NCBI GenBank assembly: GCA_016209635.1
Contig: JACQWC010000130.1
Coordinates: 1-60,030 of the forward strand
Direction of reading: 5' to 3'
DNA length: 60,030 bases
Origin: Candidatus Rokuibacteriota bacterium
GTDB lineage: Bacteria; Methylomirabilota; Methylomirabilia; Rokubacteriales; CSP1-6
The position numbers were made by a program, and so were the translations under genes. Positions 17,091 to 25,906 of the stretch are shown one piece after another. The notes under the pieces were generated by a model that was not told the DNA's origin, made no database searches, and saw nothing but the letters and a program-made list of their open reading frames with translations. How positions within the stretch are numbered: position 1 is the stretch's first letter; every line of letters begins with the position of its first letter.

Positions 17091-17969
17091 ATGACGGCGA
17101 CCCGGCTCACACTGGCGCTCATCCTGCTCGCGGCATCCGTCACGCCGGCGGCCGCCCAGGCGTCGATCCTTGCCCCCGCCGAGTGGCTCGCCCAGCGGCT
17201 CGGCAGCCCCGATCTGAGAGTCGTCGACATGACCACCGAGCCCGAGGAGTACCAGAAGGGTCACATCCCGGGAGCGGTCTACCTGAACGTGAACGATGCG
17301 CGGATCAAGGTGCCGGCCGGCGGTTTTCGCCTCCCGACGCCCGGGGAGGGCGCGCGCCTGCTCGGCAGCCTCGGCATCGGCCCGAAGACCCACGTGGTGA
17401 TCTACGACGACTCCGGAGGGCTCCACGCCTCCCGCCTCTTCTTCACACTCGAGGTCCTGGGGCACGAGCGGGTGGCGATCCTCGACGGCGGCAGCCACCG
17501 GTGGCGGGCGCTCAACCTCCCGTGGACCACCGAGATCCTGCGCCCGGCGCCGACGACCTACGCGCCCCGTCTCCAACCGGAGCGCGTCGTCAGCGCCGAG
17601 TGGGTCCGGGACCACCTGGCGCAGCGGGACCTCGTGATCGTGGACGCGCGAACGCCGGCCGAGTACGCGGGCAAGGACGTGCGGGCCAAGCGGGGAGGTC
17701 ACATCCCCGGGGCGGTCAACATCGAGTGGAAGCAGAACCTCAAGCCCGACTGGTCGTTCAAGCCCGTCGACGACCTCCGGGCGATGTATGCGGCGCAGGG
17801 CGTGACGCCCGACAAGACGGTCGTCACATACTGCCAGACCCACCACCGGGCGTCGCACACGTACTTCGTCCTTCGCCTGCTCGGCTATCCGCGGGTGGCG
17901 GGCTACGACCGCTCGTGGATCGAGTGGGGCAACCGCGACGACCTGCCGATCGCGCACCCGTCGAACTGA
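17091..17969 (+). CDS. Two-domain rhodanese/sulfurtransferase with signal peptide
   Basis: GHIPGA twice, DAR, YCQTHHRA active loop, YDRSWIEW; hydrophobic N-terminus ending AAA-Q. Confidence 0.9.
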   Translation: MTATRLTLALILLAASVTPAAAQASILAPAEWLAQRLGSPDLRVVDMTTEPEEYQKGHIPGAVYLNVNDARIKVPAGGFRLPTPGEGARLLGSLGIGPKTHVVIYDDSGGLHASRLFFTLEVLGHERVAILDGGSHRWRALNLPWTTEILRPAPTTYAPRLQPERVVSAEWVRDHLAQRDLVIVDARTPAEYAGKDVRAKRGGHIPGAVNIEWKQNLKPDWSFKPVDDLRAMYAAQGVTPDKTVVTYCQTHHRASHTYFVLRLLGYPRVAGYDRSWIEWGNRDDLPIAHPSN

Positions 17970-17981
17970 GCGGGCGCCCGT

Positions 17982-19838
17982 CTACGCGACGATGGCCGGG
18001 TCGACGCGCATCACCACGTAGCCGCCCACGGCGCCGGCGCCGAACCCCGGCGCGAAGACGCGCAACGGCCGGTCGATCACGCCCTCGCGCACGGCATCGT
18101 GGATGGCGAGCGGGATGCTGGCCGACGAGGTGTTTCCCACCCGCTCGATGTTGAAGTAGAGCCGCTCGGGGGCGATTCCCGCGGCACGCGCCAGGTTGAC
18201 GACCATCGTCTTGTTGGCCTGGTGCGGCACGATCAGGTCGATCGCGTCCAGCAGCGAGCCCGCGCCCCCGTCGGGGTGGGGCAGCGCGCCGAGCTCGCCG
18301 ATCATCTGGGTCAGGTAACGCTTGACCAGCGCCCGCACCTCGGGACCGTACACGGTGATGTTGTTGTCGAAGTTCGGGTTGGGCCAGACGATCGAGTCGA
18401 CCTCGCTCATCGGGCCGCTCGCGTAGGTCTGGTACACCTCCACGTCCGGCGGCGCTCCCGCGGGCGCCACGCCCACGACGAGCGCCGCGGCCCCGTCGCC
18501 GAAGATCATCCGGGAGGTGCGCACGGTGCCGATCTTGTCCGAGAACTTCTCCCCGCACACGACGAGCACGGGTCGCTCGACCTCCTGGAGGAGTCGCACC
18601 GCCTCGGAGAGGCCGTAGGGTAGCCCGGCGCAGGCGGCCACGATGTCGCACGACGCGTGCGTCTGGAGCATCCCGAGCTGGCCCGAGAGCCAGGTCGCGA
18701 GGGACGGCATCATCTTGACGCTCGTGCACGAGCAGAAGAGGACCGCGCCGATCTCCTCCGGCCGCCGCCCCGACTTGTCCAGCGCCTTCTGGACGGCCAG
18801 GAGCGCGAGGTGGTCGAGGTCGAGCTCGGTGTACACGCGCTGCTCGATGCCCGTCTTCTTCCAAATTTCGTCCGCCGTCATCGGCGACCAGCAGTAGGCC
18901 GCGTTCCGGATGAGGTCGTCGTTGGTGCAGGCGCGCTCGCCCTTGTACACCGCCAGGGCCTCGAGGCGCGGCATGACCCTGAACCGCCGGCGGACCTCGA
19001 CCGGCGGGAAGGGCGCCACGGGCTGGCGCGACGCGCGCGGGGCCGGCGCCTGCGGCCGGACGCGACGGCTGCCCTTCACCCGGCGGATGAACTGGACCAC
19101 GGCGTCGTTCCGCGGATGAAAGACGACCACGAAGTCGTCGGCGTCGAGCTTCCCCACCTCGATGAGCCGCGTCTTCGCGCGGGCCCACCGGTACTGGTTG
19201 TGGAGGACCATCGCCTGCCGCTGCAGGGCCTCGAGCTCGGGCACCGCGTGCGTGCACTCGATGACCTCCTCGTAGCCGTAGCCGGGATAGTCCGGGTCGT
19301 AGGCGAGCAGGTGGTAGGTCAGGGTCTTCGGATTCGACAGGATCTCCGAGACGGTCGGCTTGATGGCCGGAATCTCCGCCCCGGCGCCCTTCTTGTGGCG
19401 GAAGACGTCGAGGAGGATCCGGAAGACCTTGTCCTCCACGCCCTCGTCCCAGGTCGGGGCGAGCTCCCGGTATCCCGCCTCGATCGCCGAGGTGAGCTCG
19501 GTCCCGTCCCACGGCTTGAAGACGGGCAGGAACACGTCGTCGCGGTTGCGCGGGACGTCCCGCCACCGGGTGGGACGCTTCTCGTACATGGTCATCGCGT
19601 AGCGGTTGACCCAGAAGAGGTTGAGCGCCAGGTCGCGGAGCAGCTCGTACCGCCCGGCATAGCCGCGCGACTCCACCCGGGCGACGATGTCCGTCTCGGT
19701 GGGGGCCTTTTCCTCGAAGTCCCGCTTGATCACCGCCGCGAACTGGTCGAGCGTCTCGAAGACCGAGAAGTCCAGCTCGGGGAAGAAGTTGAAGGGGAAG
19801 ACGATGCGGCCGAAGCGGTTGATCACGAACGGCTTCAT
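17982..19838 (-). CDS. 3-oxoacyl-ACP synthase III (FabH-like) with ~290-aa N-terminal extension
   Basis: AACAG (Cys), FGDGA, PHQAN (His), GNTSSASIP (Asn), GFGAG. Confidence 0.85.
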   Translation of the reverse strand: MKPFVINRFGRIVFPFNFFPELDFSVFETLDQFAAVIKRDFEEKAPTETDIVARVESRGYAGRYELLRDLALNLFWVNRYAMTMYEKRPTRWRDVPRNRDDVFLPVFKPWDGTELTSAIEAGYRELAPTWDEGVEDKVFRILLDVFRHKKGAGAEIPAIKPTVSEILSNPKTLTYHLLAYDPDYPGYGYEEVIECTHAVPELEALQRQAMVLHNQYRWARAKTRLIEVGKLDADDFVVVFHPRNDAVVQFIRRVKGSRRVRPQAPAPRASRQPVAPFPPVEVRRRFRVMPRLEALAVYKGERACTNDDLIRNAAYCWSPMTADEIWKKTGIEQRVYTELDLDHLALLAVQKALDKSGRRPEEIGAVLFCSCTSVKMMPSLATWLSGQLGMLQTHASCDIVAACAGLPYGLSEAVRLLQEVERPVLVVCGEKFSDKIGTVRTSRMIFGDGAAALVVGVAPAGAPPDVEVYQTYASGPMSEVDSIVWPNPNFDNNITVYGPEVRALVKRYLTQMIGELGALPHPDGGAGSLLDAIDLIVPHQANKTMVVNLARAAGIAPERLYFNIERVGNTSSASIPLAIHDAVREGVIDRPLRVFAPGFGAGAVGGYVVMRVDPAIVA

Positions 19839-19960
19839 CGCCCTGCTCCATCGAGCGCCTGCGAGCGTCGCCGTGCCACGCCTGGACAGTACCCCGCGGG
19901 GGACGGGCCCGCAAGCCCGCCTCCGCCGCGGCCCGTCTCGGACGCACGTATAATGGGCGC

Positions 19961-20614
19961 ATGGCGATCCTCGGCGAACGGGACAGGCAGGCGGTCCGGG
20001 AGGAGCTCGCGCGGCTCGGCGGGCCGGTCAAGCTCGTCGTCTTCTCCCAGCAGCTCGCGGCGGGCGACCTCTGCCTCCAGAACGAAGCGCTGGTGCGCGA
20101 GGTGGCGGGCCTCACCGACAAGGCGACGCTCGAGGTCCTGAACCTCGCCATCGATCGCGAGCGCGCGCAGGCGTACGGCGTCGACCAGGTACCCGCCACC
20201 GTGGTCGAAGGAGCGCGCGACTATGGTCTCAGGTTCTACGGGATCCCCTCGGGCTACGAGTTCGCGAACCTGATCGATTCGATGATCGTCGCGTCGACGG
20301 GCGAGCCGGAGCTGACCGCCGAGACCAAGGAGGCGCTCGGGGCGCTCGCGACGCCCATCGACATCAAAGTCTTCTCGACGCCCACGTGACCGTACTGCCC
20401 CCAGGCGGTCCGCCTGGCGCAGCACATGGCCGTCGCGTCCGAGCAGGTCCGCGCCACCGCGATCGCGGCGACGGAGTTTCCGGAGCTCGCTCGCGCCTAC
20501 CGGGTGATGGCGGTGCCGAAGGTGGTCATCAACGACCGCGTGCAGTTCGAGGGAGCGCTGCCCGAGCGGGAGTTCCTCCAGGCGGTGCTGCGCGCGGCGA
20601 ACGGCGCCGTCTGA
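19961..20614 (+). CDS. Thioredoxin-fold protein disulfide oxidoreductase (PDO/AhpF-NTD-like), selenoprotein with UPYC
   Basis: ORFs 19961-20389 and 20426-20614 are in the same frame; reading through TGA 20387-20389 gives FSTPT-U-PYCPQAVRLA. Also RFYGIPSGYEF and VPKVVIN. Confidence 0.88.
20401..20417 (+). promoter_or_regulatory. Bacterial SECIS hairpin
   Basis: CCAGGCG-GTC-CGCCTGG perfect 7-bp stem starting 11 nt after the in-frame UGA. Confidence 0.75.
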
Positions 20615-20640
20615 CGACCCGCTCCCCGCGGCCCGCGGCC

Positions 20641-21015
20641 GTGGCCACCCGCGCTGACCTCCTGTTCGTGTACGGCACGCTGATGCGCGGGTACGCGCTC
20701 AATCGCCTCCTCGTCGGCCGCGCGACCTTCCTCGGCGAAGCGCGCGCCGGGGGCCGGCTGCTCGACCTCGGGCGGTATCCCGGCGTGGTCCCGGGCGCGG
20801 GCACGGTGCACGGCGAGGTCTATCGGCTCGCCGATCCCGAACTTCTCCGGACGATCGACCGCGAGGAGGGGTACAATTTTGAGCGCCGTCGCACCACCGT
20901 GATGCTCGCCGAGGGCCGTCGCGCGCGGGCGTGGATCTACCGATACCGCGGGTCATGGGAGCGCGCGATCCCCATTCCCGACGGCGACTATCGCCGGGCG
21001 CGCCCGATCGACTGA
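20641..21015 (+). CDS. Gamma-glutamylcyclotransferase (AIG2-like) family protein
   Basis: LFVYGTLMRG, YPG, VHGEVY, DREEG, AWIY. Confidence 0.85.
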   Translation: MATRADLLFVYGTLMRGYALNRLLVGRATFLGEARAGGRLLDLGRYPGVVPGAGTVHGEVYRLADPELLRTIDREEGYNFERRRTTVMLAEGRRARAWIYRYRGSWERAIPIPDGDYRRARPID

Positions 21016-21034
21016 TGCGACAGGGGAGGATTCG

Positions 21035-22417
21035 ATGGCGCTGACAGCCGCCGAGCTGGTGAAGGCCGACCAGGACCACCTGATTCATCCGCTGCACCAT
21101 CCCGTCGACAACGCGGAGCCCATCATCTACGTGCGCGGGCGCGGGGCGACGCTCACCGACATCGGGGGCCGCGAGTACATCGACGGGCTCGCCGGCTTGT
21201 GGAACGTGAACGTGGGGCACGGGCGCGCCGAGCTGGCCGAGGCCGCGGCGCAGCAGATGCGGGAGCTGGCGTACTTCTCGGGCTACGTCGGATCCTCCAA
21301 TGTCCCGGCGATCCGGCTGGCCGAGCGCCTCCTCGAGCTGGCCTACGACAACATGCAGGCCGTGTTCTTCACCTCGGGCGGCGCCGAGTCGAACGAGTCC
21401 GCGTTCAAGACGGCCCGCTTCTACTGGAAGGCCGTGGGCAGGCCGGGCAAGGTCAAGGTCATTGCGCGGCAGAACGCCTACCACGGCGTCACCCTCCAGG
21501 CGATGAGCGCCACCGGCATGGCGGCGTACTGGAAGATGTTCGAGCCCCGGGTGCCCGGGTTCGTCCACATCCCGACCTGCTATCCCTACCGGTACCAGGG
21601 GGCCCGGCCGGGCGAGACCGTCGGTCAGGCCGCGGCGCGCGAGCTGGAAGAGGCGATCCTCCGCGAGGGGCCCGACACGGTGGCGGCGTTCATCGCCGAG
21701 CCCATCCACGGCGGGGGCGGCGTGCTCTATCCAACGGACGACTACTTCTCGCTCGTGCGGGACGCGTGCACGCGTCACGACGTGCTGTTCATCGCCGACG
21801 AGGTGATCACCGGCTTCTGCCGCACCGGTCGGTGGTTCGCCCTCTCGCACTGGGACGTGAAGCCGGACATCCTCTCGTTCGCGAAGGGCGTCACGTCGGG
21901 CTACCTGCCGCTCGGCGGCATCATGGTGAGCAAGGCGATCAAGGACGCGATGGACGCGGTGAAGCCCGAGGACCGCTGGATGCACGCGTACACCTACTCG
22001 GGTCACCCGACCTGCTGCGCCGTGGCGCTGAAGAATCTCGAGATCATGGAGCGCGAGCGGCTCTGGGAGAACGCGGCCCGGATGGGCACGCGCCTCCACG
22101 AGGGGCTCCGCACCGCGTTCGGCGACCATCCGAACGCGGGCGAGGTCCGGGGCGGCAAGGGGCTGCTGGCGGCGCTCGAGCTGGTCGCGGACCGTGGAAC
22201 GAAGGCGAACTTCCCCGCCGGGGAGAAGGTGGCGCCGCGGATGCAAGCGGAGATGTTCAAGCGCGGGCTGGTGACGCGCGTCCGGCCCACCTCGGGGTCC
22301 CACCCGGCGAACGGCGACCAGGTCTTCTTCGCCCCGCCGCTCGTCGTCACCGAGGCCGAGGTGGATCGCATCGTGAGCATCACGCGCGACGCGGTCAAGG
22401 CCGTCCTCGGCGCGTAA
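21035..22417 (+). CDS. Class III (omega-amino acid/polyamine) aminotransferase
   Basis: GLWNVNVGHGR, SGGAESNE, YHGVT, FIADEVITGF, FAKGVTSGYLPLG. Confidence 0.92.
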   Translation: MALTAAELVKADQDHLIHPLHHPVDNAEPIIYVRGRGATLTDIGGREYIDGLAGLWNVNVGHGRAELAEAAAQQMRELAYFSGYVGSSNVPAIRLAERLLELAYDNMQAVFFTSGGAESNESAFKTARFYWKAVGRPGKVKVIARQNAYHGVTLQAMSATGMAAYWKMFEPRVPGFVHIPTCYPYRYQGARPGETVGQAAARELEEAILREGPDTVAAFIAEPIHGGGGVLYPTDDYFSLVRDACTRHDVLFIADEVITGFCRTGRWFALSHWDVKPDILSFAKGVTSGYLPLGGIMVSKAIKDAMDAVKPEDRWMHAYTYSGHPTCCAVALKNLEIMERERLWENAARMGTRLHEGLRTAFGDHPNAGEVRGGKGLLAALELVADRGTKANFPAGEKVAPRMQAEMFKRGLVTRVRPTSGSHPANGDQVFFAPPLVVTEAEVDRIVSITRDAVKAVLGA

Positions 22418-22431
22418 CCGGACGGCGCCGC

Positions 22432-22629
22432 GTGCGGCTGATCACCGCGCACCGCATCCTCATCGGGGCGGCGATCGTGTTCTTCCTCTTCTACGCCCTC
22501 CTCCGGCTGAGTCACTACCTCAAGGACGGCGGCGGCGCGGACCTCGCCCACTTCCTCGTCTCCGGGGCGATCGCAGTGGGCCTGATGCTCTACTACCGGA
22601 CGCTCGCTCGATGGGGCCGGCCGTCCTGA
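22432..22629 (+). CDS. Small two-TM membrane protein
   Basis: MRLITAHRILIGAAIVFFLFYALL...FLVSGAIAVGLMLYY. Confidence 0.65.
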   Translation: MRLITAHRILIGAAIVFFLFYALLRLSHYLKDGGGADLAHFLVSGAIAVGLMLYYRTLARWGRPS

Positions 22630-22982
22630 TCTACGACGGCGAGTGCGCCGTCTGCCGGGCGAGCGCGCTCTGGATCATGCGCCGCGCGCTCTCCGGCGGC
22701 GCGCTCGAGATCCTGCCCTGCCGGTCGAGCGTCCGCCGGGCGAGGTTCCCGCAGATCTCGGACGAGGCGTGCCTCACGGCGATGCAGCTGGTCCTCCCGG
22801 ATGGCCGCGTCCTCAGCGGCGCCGACGCCGTGCCCGAGATCCTGCGCCGCGTCCGCGGCTGGGGCTGGCTCGCGCGGGTCTTCGCCCTGCCCGGCGCGCG
22901 CCCGGCGGCCCGCAGGCTCTACGCCTGGCTCGCGGAGAACCGCATGCGCCTGCACTGCCGGACCTCGGGGCGCGCCGGCTGA
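22611..22982 (+). CDS. DCC1-like thiol-disulfide oxidoreductase (DUF393)
   Basis: LIYDGECAVC, GADA, YAWLAENR. Confidence 0.85.
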   Translation: MGPAVLIYDGECAVCRASALWIMRRALSGGALEILPCRSSVRRARFPQISDEACLTAMQLVLPDGRVLSGADAVPEILRRVRGWGWLARVFALPGARPAARRLYAWLAENRMRLHCRTSGRAG

Positions 22983-22984
22983 CC

Positions 22985-23422
22985 GGGCCCGCCCGGCCCG
23001 GGACCGCGTGGGATGACCTGGACGCCCTCTACTTCGCCGGATACGCGCTCTGGAACTACCTGACGGCGCCCTTCCTCCTCACCGGCCCGGGCTTCGAGGC
23101 GCGCGAGATCGAGCCCTGGGAGGAGAACGGCGACCGGTGGCGACGCCTCCACGTCGTATTCCCGCGCGACGCGCCGACCCACTGTCGTGAGCAGGTCTTC
23201 TACTTCGACGGGACGGGACTGCTCCGGCGTCTCGACTACACGGCCGAAGTTTTCGGGGGCTGGGCGAAGGCGGCCCACTACTGCGCGGGGCATCGGGAGT
23301 TCGCGGGGCTCATCGTCCCGACCCGTCGCCGCGTCTTTCCCCGGTCGCCGACGGGCCGTCCTCGACGGTTCGCGACGCTCGTCTGGATCGACGTCGAGAG
23401 CGTGACCGTCGTCGAGGCGTGA
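22985..23422 (+). pseudogene. 5'-truncated remnant of a conserved hypothetical protein
   Basis: Protein-like WDDLDALYFAGYALWNYLTAPFLL...LLRRLDY...VPTRRR with no usable start codon or N-terminal half. Confidence 0.6.
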
Positions 23423-23469
23423 GCGCCGACGGCGGCGTCCGCATCCGGCGCGTCGGGCGCCGCGGCGAG

Positions 23470-23772
23470 CTAAGGCGACGCGGAGTTCCTGATCTCGGCG
23501 ATCTTGCGGTCGCGCTCGCTGGCCAGCCGTTCGTCGTCGCGCCGAAGATTCTCGTTCAACTGGTCGATCTCCTCGCGGGTCGTGGCCTTGCGCAGTGCCG
23601 CCTGGTGGAGGATCTCGAGCTCGGCGCTCTTGGCCTTGTAGAACTGGCGGATCTCCGCGATGGCGGACTTCTGCGCGTTGGTGAGGGGACGCTCGCCGGC
23701 GGCCTCCTGATCCTTCTTCCGGAGGCGCTCCATCGCCAGCTCGTATGACTTCTTCGGGGCGTCGTCGGACAT
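23470..23772 (-). CDS. Small helical hypothetical protein
   Basis: MSDDAPKKSYELAMERLRKKD...; GGAGG SD; typical codon usage. Confidence 0.8.
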   Translation of the reverse strand: MSDDAPKKSYELAMERLRKKDQEAAGERPLTNAQKSAIAEIRQFYKAKSAELEILHQAALRKATTREEIDQLNENLRRDDERLASERDRKIAEIRNSASP

Positions 23773-23802
23773 GGGAAGAACCTCCGTCCCGCTACAGCTT
23801 CA

Positions 23803-23876
23803 GCAACGACTCTAGATTTCCCAAGAGGATCCTGCTTCATTTACTCGATCTGAAGTTAAGGGAATCTGGTCGCTGC
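23803..23876 (-). ncRNA. Candidate structured RNA in an AT-rich intergenic patch
   Basis: GCAGCGAC/GTCGTTGC and AGATTCCC/GGGAAATCT stems enclosing CTTCA-11 nt-TGAAG; a G-U pair favours the minus strand. Confidence 0.35.
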
Positions 23877-23915
23877 ATTTATATCGATCCCCCCATCTTT
23901 CGTGAATAATCCAGG

Positions 23916-24443
23916 CTAGAAGCTCCACTCCGAGAAGAGCTTCTGCTTGAAGACCGCCAGCTCCTCGACCGGAGCCGCGCCCTCCCGCCGCGCCAGCAGC
24001 TCGAGGACCTTGTCGTCCATGCGCTGGAGCCGGCGCGCGAGCACCTCGGCGACCGTCGCGATCAGCTTGTAGGCGGCGACGCTCTCGCCGCCCAGCAGGC
24101 GGTGGAACTGCGTCTTGGTGAGCAGGTGGAAGCGACAGTCGGTGCGCGCGCGGACGGTGGCCGAGTGCGGCTGGTCGGTGACGAGGCTCATCTCGCCGAG
24201 CACGGTGGGCGCGTCGATCGTCGCGATCGTCCGCTCGGCGCCATCGGGCCCGCGCCTCGCGATCTCCACGGTGCCCTCGACGAGGATGAGGAGGCCCATC
24301 GGCGCGTCCCCCTCGCGGAAGACGGGCGTGCCGGCCCGGGTCTCCAGGGGGACCGTCGTCCTGACGAGCTGGTCCGCCTGCTCGGCCGTCAGCCCCCGGC
24401 AGAGGACCGAGCGTACGACCTCGCGCAGCTCGGCGGCCGCCAC
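23916..24443 (-). CDS. Cyclic nucleotide-binding domain protein (no HTH)
   Basis: VFREGD, GTVEI, LGEMSLVTDQPHSATVRA. Confidence 0.85.
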   Translation of the reverse strand: MAAAELREVVRSVLCRGLTAEQADQLVRTTVPLETRAGTPVFREGDAPMGLLILVEGTVEIARRGPDGAERTIATIDAPTVLGEMSLVTDQPHSATVRARTDCRFHLLTKTQFHRLLGGESVAAYKLIATVAEVLARRLQRMDDKVLELLARREGAAPVEELAVFKQKLFSEWSF

Positions 24444-24445
24444 CG

Positions 24446-25678
24446 TCAGACCCCCCGGAGCACGGTCGCGCGTCCGACGCGCCCGATCGCCACGATGAAC
24501 GCCGCGGTGCGGAACGAGACCTTGCGCTCCCGCACGACGCGCGCGAGCGTCGCGTACGCCTCGCGCATGTGGCGCTGGAGCTCCGCGCCGATCTGCTCCT
24601 CCTCCCACCTGAACTGTTGGATGTTCTGCACCCATTCGAAGTAGGAGACCGTGACCCCGCCGGCATTCACGAAGATGTCCGGCAGCACGGCCACCCCGCG
24701 CTCGCCCAGGATCTCGTCCGCCCGCGGGGTCGTCGGGGCGTTCGCGGCCTCGAGCACGACGCGCGCGCGGATCTCCTTCGCGTTCGCCTCGGTGATCACG
24801 CCGCCGAGCGCGGCGGGCACGAGCACGTCGACGTTGGAGACCAGCAGCTCCTCGTTGGTGATCGCGTCGCTGCCCGGGAAGCCGACGACGGACTTCGTCT
24901 TCTGGACGTGCTCGCCGAGCCGCGGGATGTCGAGGCCCTCCGGGTTGCGGATGGCGCCGCGGGCGTCGCCGACGGCCACGACCCGCGCGCCGCGCTCGTG
25001 GAGGAAGCGCGCGGCCCAGGAACCGACGTTGCCGAACCCCTGGACGGCGAAGGTCTTCCCGCGGATCTCGCCCGCACCGGCGTCCTTGAGGTATTCCTCG
25101 AGGGCCGCGACCACGCCTCGACCGGTCGCCTCCTCGCGCCCCCGCGAACCGAACAGGTCGACGGGCTTGCCCGTGACCACGGCCGGCGAGAAGCCGTGGA
25201 GCTTCGAGTACTCGTCCATGATCCACGCCATGACCTGGGCGTTCGTGTTGACGTCGGGCGCGGGGATGTCGGTGTGCGGGCCGATGATGTCGTGGATCTG
25301 CTGCACGAACCGGCGCGTGAGCCGCTCGACCTCGCGGGCCGAGAGCGTGCTCGGATCGACGGCGATCCCGCCCTTCGCCCCCCCGTAGGGGAGGTTCACC
25401 ACCGCGGTCTTCCAGGTCATGAGCGAGGCGAGGCCGAGGGCCTCGTCCATGTCCACGGTCGGGTGGTACCGGAGCCCGCCCTTCATCGGCCCGCGGCTCT
25501 TGTCGTGCTGGACCCGGTAGCCGATGAACGTGCCCAGCTCGCCGTTGTCGAGCGTGATCGAGACGTCGACCTTGACCTCGCGGAACGGCGTGACGAGCAT
25601 CTTCTCCACGCGCGCCGAGAGGTCCATCACCCGCGCCGCCTTGCGAAAGTAGTAGTTGACCTCTTCGAAGCCCGGCAT
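24446..25678 (-). CDS. gdhA: Glu/Leu/Phe/Val dehydrogenase (glutamate dehydrogenase)
   Basis: [49 protein letters not shown]. Confidence 0.95.
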   Translation of the reverse strand: MPGFEEVNYYFRKAARVMDLSARVEKMLVTPFREVKVDVSITLDNGELGTFIGYRVQHDKSRGPMKGGLRYHPTVDMDEALGLASLMTWKTAVVNLPYGGAKGGIAVDPSTLSAREVERLTRRFVQQIHDIIGPHTDIPAPDVNTNAQVMAWIMDEYSKLHGFSPAVVTGKPVDLFGSRGREEATGRGVVAALEEYLKDAGAGEIRGKTFAVQGFGNVGSWAARFLHERGARVVAVGDARGAIRNPEGLDIPRLGEHVQKTKSVVGFPGSDAITNEELLVSNVDVLVPAALGGVITEANAKEIRARVVLEAANAPTTPRADEILGERGVAVLPDIFVNAGGVTVSYFEWVQNIQQFRWEEEQIGAELQRHMREAYATLARVVRERKVSFRTAAFIVAIGRVGRATVLRGV

Positions 25679-25850
25679 GGTTCGAGGGCGATTGTATGAT
25701 AGCCGCGGCCCGGGGCGCCCATTCCTACCGCCGCGCGCCACTGCCTCCGAATCGGGCAGATCCCGGCCGCTGCCTGCTCGGAGAGCAGGCGGCGCCCTCG
25801 CCGGGCGCTCTAAGGTCCTGACAAACTTGACCCGACGCCCGTGGGGCGAC

Positions 25851-25866
25851 CGGCACAGGCCTTGCT
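25851..25866 (+). promoter_or_regulatory. sigma54 (-24/-12) promoter
   Basis: CGGCAC-AGGCC-TTGCT, exact GG-N10-GC spacing, about 40 nt upstream of the porin start. Confidence 0.75.
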
Positions 25867-25906
25867 CCACCCGAGGCGACGCCGTCCAACGATCGGGAGA
25901 GACCCC

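Noticed and set aside
19961-20614. Nonsense pseudogene or two separate genes
   Set aside because: The TGA falls exactly on the redox Cys column and is followed by a SECIS-like hairpin.
23828-23856. SRP RNA, 6S RNA or hammerhead identity for the AT-rich element
   Set aside because: No GNRA tetraloop or CAGG, too short for 6S, and no CUGANGA core; kept only as an unclassified candidate.
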